Source: Felis catus (Eukaryota). From it: a DNA stretch of 64,000 nt. Position numbers and translations under genes: made by a program. Shown one piece after another: positions 61,496 through 64,000 of the stretch. A model generated the notes under the pieces. It was given only the letters and a program-made list of their open reading frames with translations. It was not told the DNA's origin and made no database searches. The number at the start of each line of letters is the position of its first letter. Within the stretch, counting starts at the first letter, position 1. The stretch lies in the NCBI RefSeq assembly GCF_018350175.1, contig NC_058383.1, positions 30,072,001 through 30,136,000 of the forward strand, written 5' to 3'.

Positions 61496-62949
61496 GCAAA
61501 GTGAATCCTGGTGCTGCTTGCACACCTGTGTAAATTTTCAGAGATAGATGAATTTTATAATATGTTGATCCTACCCTGATCAAGTACTTTTTTTTTTAAG
61601 TGGCAAGGAGATTTATATAAATAGTAGTGAAACTTGACCTGTCATCTGAACATTTTAAGGCCGTGTTTAGTGAACCAACCATTTGATTTCTCAACACTAG
61701 ATTTCTCTAAACACACTCACAGGAGTTTTCCACACTCACAGGAGTTTAGAGAGCAAAAAATTAGAAATAATCCAAATTTCCACCAATAGGGAAATGGTAA
61801 ATAAATTGAAGTAGAGCCAACCAGGGAATACTATGCAACAATGACAAAGAATGAGATAGTTTGCATTTAGTGACATGGAAAGGAATCTAAGCCATATTGT
61901 TGTGGGGAGAAGAAGGCAAATAACAGATATAGAGAGTGTGCTACCATTTATACAAAACACAAAAATCAACATCAAAACAAATTATGCTACATGTCTCCCA
62001 AAAATACATGCATAATAAAAATATACTGAGCATAAACTATGTATGAGGCACTGTTATGATGGAATGACACTTAATTAACTTCTCATAAGAAGTTAGCTAA
62101 TATTATTATACCCCATTTAATGAATAGGAAGCTAAGGAAGAGAGAAAGTTCCCCCTCTAAAGTTACTGAGTGGTGGAATTGGAATTTGTAACCTAGGCTT
62201 GTCTGAATTCAAAGGGATATTTCTTCTGCTGCGTTATGTGTTCTGTCTGGAAGAATACCTAATAGTAATGAGTAGTTACCTCCAAGAGTGAAGTATGGGG
62301 GAGGGGTTCCATGACTCCAGACAGTAGTGAATGAGATGTTAGCCTTTAATTTTTTGACAATTATAGGAAACAATGCAGAGAGATACTGTGTAACGTTTAC
62401 TCATTTTCTACCAATGATGATAATATCTTGCAAAATTATAGTAAAATATTACAACCAGAATACTGACATTGATATAATCCACTGATCTTGTTTACATTTA
62501 CCCACTTTTACTTGTACTCATTCATGTGTGTGTTTTTAGCTCTATGTGCCTTTTAAACCATTTTTTGAGCAATTTTAGATTCACAGAATTGAGAGGCAGG
62601 TGTACATTTCCCCCTATTCTCCCTGCCCCAACACATGCATAACCTCCCCCGTTATCAATATCCATCCCCCCCCCCGAATGGTACATTATTATAAATGATG
62701 AACCTACATTGACAAACCACTATCACCCAAAGTCTACAGTTGACATTAGGTCCATCTTGGTGTTGTACATTCTCCGGGTTTGGACACATGTCACATGTAT
62801 CCAGTGTCTGCACTGGAGCATTTCTGCTTTCCTACACACCTTCTGTGCTCTGCCTATTTATCTCCTCCTTTGCTTTACACACCTGGTAACCACTGATCTT
62901 TTTATTATTTCCATAGTTTTTGCTTTTCCAGAATGTCCTGTGGTTTTCT

Positions 62950-64000
62950 TCTAGTTGTTTCAGTTTCAGATTTTCCACTTAAATCTTTAATCCATTTTGA
63001 GTTGATCTTTATAAATCATTTGAGATAAGGTTGCCCCTATTTACATCCATCTGCAAGTGGAGATCCAGTTTTCCCAGTACCATTTATAGACAACACTATC
63101 CTTTCCCCATTGTGTGTTCTTGGCACCTTTGTCAAAGATCAATTGACTATAACTGCATGGATTTATTTCTGGACTCTCTGTTCCACTGGTCTGTATGTCT
63201 ATTTTAAAGCCAGTACCATACTGTTTGGATTACTATAGCCTTGTTGAACATTTTGAAATAAGGTAGTGTCATACCTCCACTATGTTCTTCCTCAAGATAG
63301 CTTTGGATAGTTGGGGTCTTTTTTGGTTCCATATGAATTTTACAATTGTTTTTACTATTTCTGTGAAAAATACCATCGGAATTTGAATAAGATTTGCATT
63401 GAATCTGTAGGTCTTTGGGGGTAGTATGGACATTTAAAAATATCCCAATCCATGAAAATAGGATATTTTCCCACTTATTTGTATCATCTTCAGTTTCTTT
63501 CATCAGCATTTATAGTTTTTAGTATCAGGTCTTTCATTTCATTGGTTAAGTGTATTCATAAGTATTTTATTCTTTTTCATCCCATTGTAAATGGGATTGC
63601 TTTCATAATTTATTTTCCACATATTTCACTGTCAGTGTGTAGCAATAGAACTGATTTTTTTGTATGTTGATTTTGTATCCTGCAACTTTACTAAATTCCT
63701 TTATTCTAACAGTTTTTTTGGTGGTGTCTTTAGGGTTTTTACATATAAGATCACATCATCTGCAACAATTTTCCTACTTCCTTACCTATTTGGATGCCAT
63801 TTATTTCTTTCTGTTGTCTAATTACTTTGGCTAGGACTTCTGGTACTACATTGAGTGGAAGTAGTGACAACAGTATCTTTGTCTTGTTCCTGATCCAAGA
63901 GGAAAAACTTTTAGCTTTTCATTATTAAGTATGAGTAGCTGTTGGCTTGTCACATATGGGCTGTCTTTTGTTGAGGTATACTCCTTCTATACCTTATCAT
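62950..64000 (-). mobile_element. L1 ORF2 (RT C-terminal region) fragment, decayed; further old L1 3' fragments at ~62340-62945
   Basis: ORF 63204-63509 (LMKETEDDTNKWENILFSWIG...[23 protein letters not shown]) matches L1 ORF2; runs off the window end. Confidence 0.9.

Overview
Mammalian, repeat-rich, apparently gene-free DNA, very probably from a felid (young SINEC_Fc-type CanSINEs are present). I see no host exons or RNA genes. The dominant feature is a complete but decayed ~8.2-kb gamma-like (class I) endogenous retrovirus on the minus strand at 13989-22222. It has two ~300-bp TG...CA LTRs, a 4-bp AGAT target-site duplication, a perfect 18-nt tRNA-Glu primer-binding site, gag-pro-pol-env and a polypurine tract. 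It looks recombinant: the PBS, gag and pol resemble the HERV-E/ERV3 group, while env closely resembles HERV-W/syncytin-1 and retains a decayed SDGGG-type RDR receptor motif. A small hydrophobic ORF lies between pol and env. The rest is CanSINEs, L1 fragments (one with a twin-priming inversion), MaLR/ERVL/ERV1 LTRs, DNA-transposon fossils, MIR/L2 remnants, microsatellites and a few repeat-free blocks that may be enhancers. Family assignments come from remembered consensus sequences, not database searches, and boundaries of old repeats are approximate.
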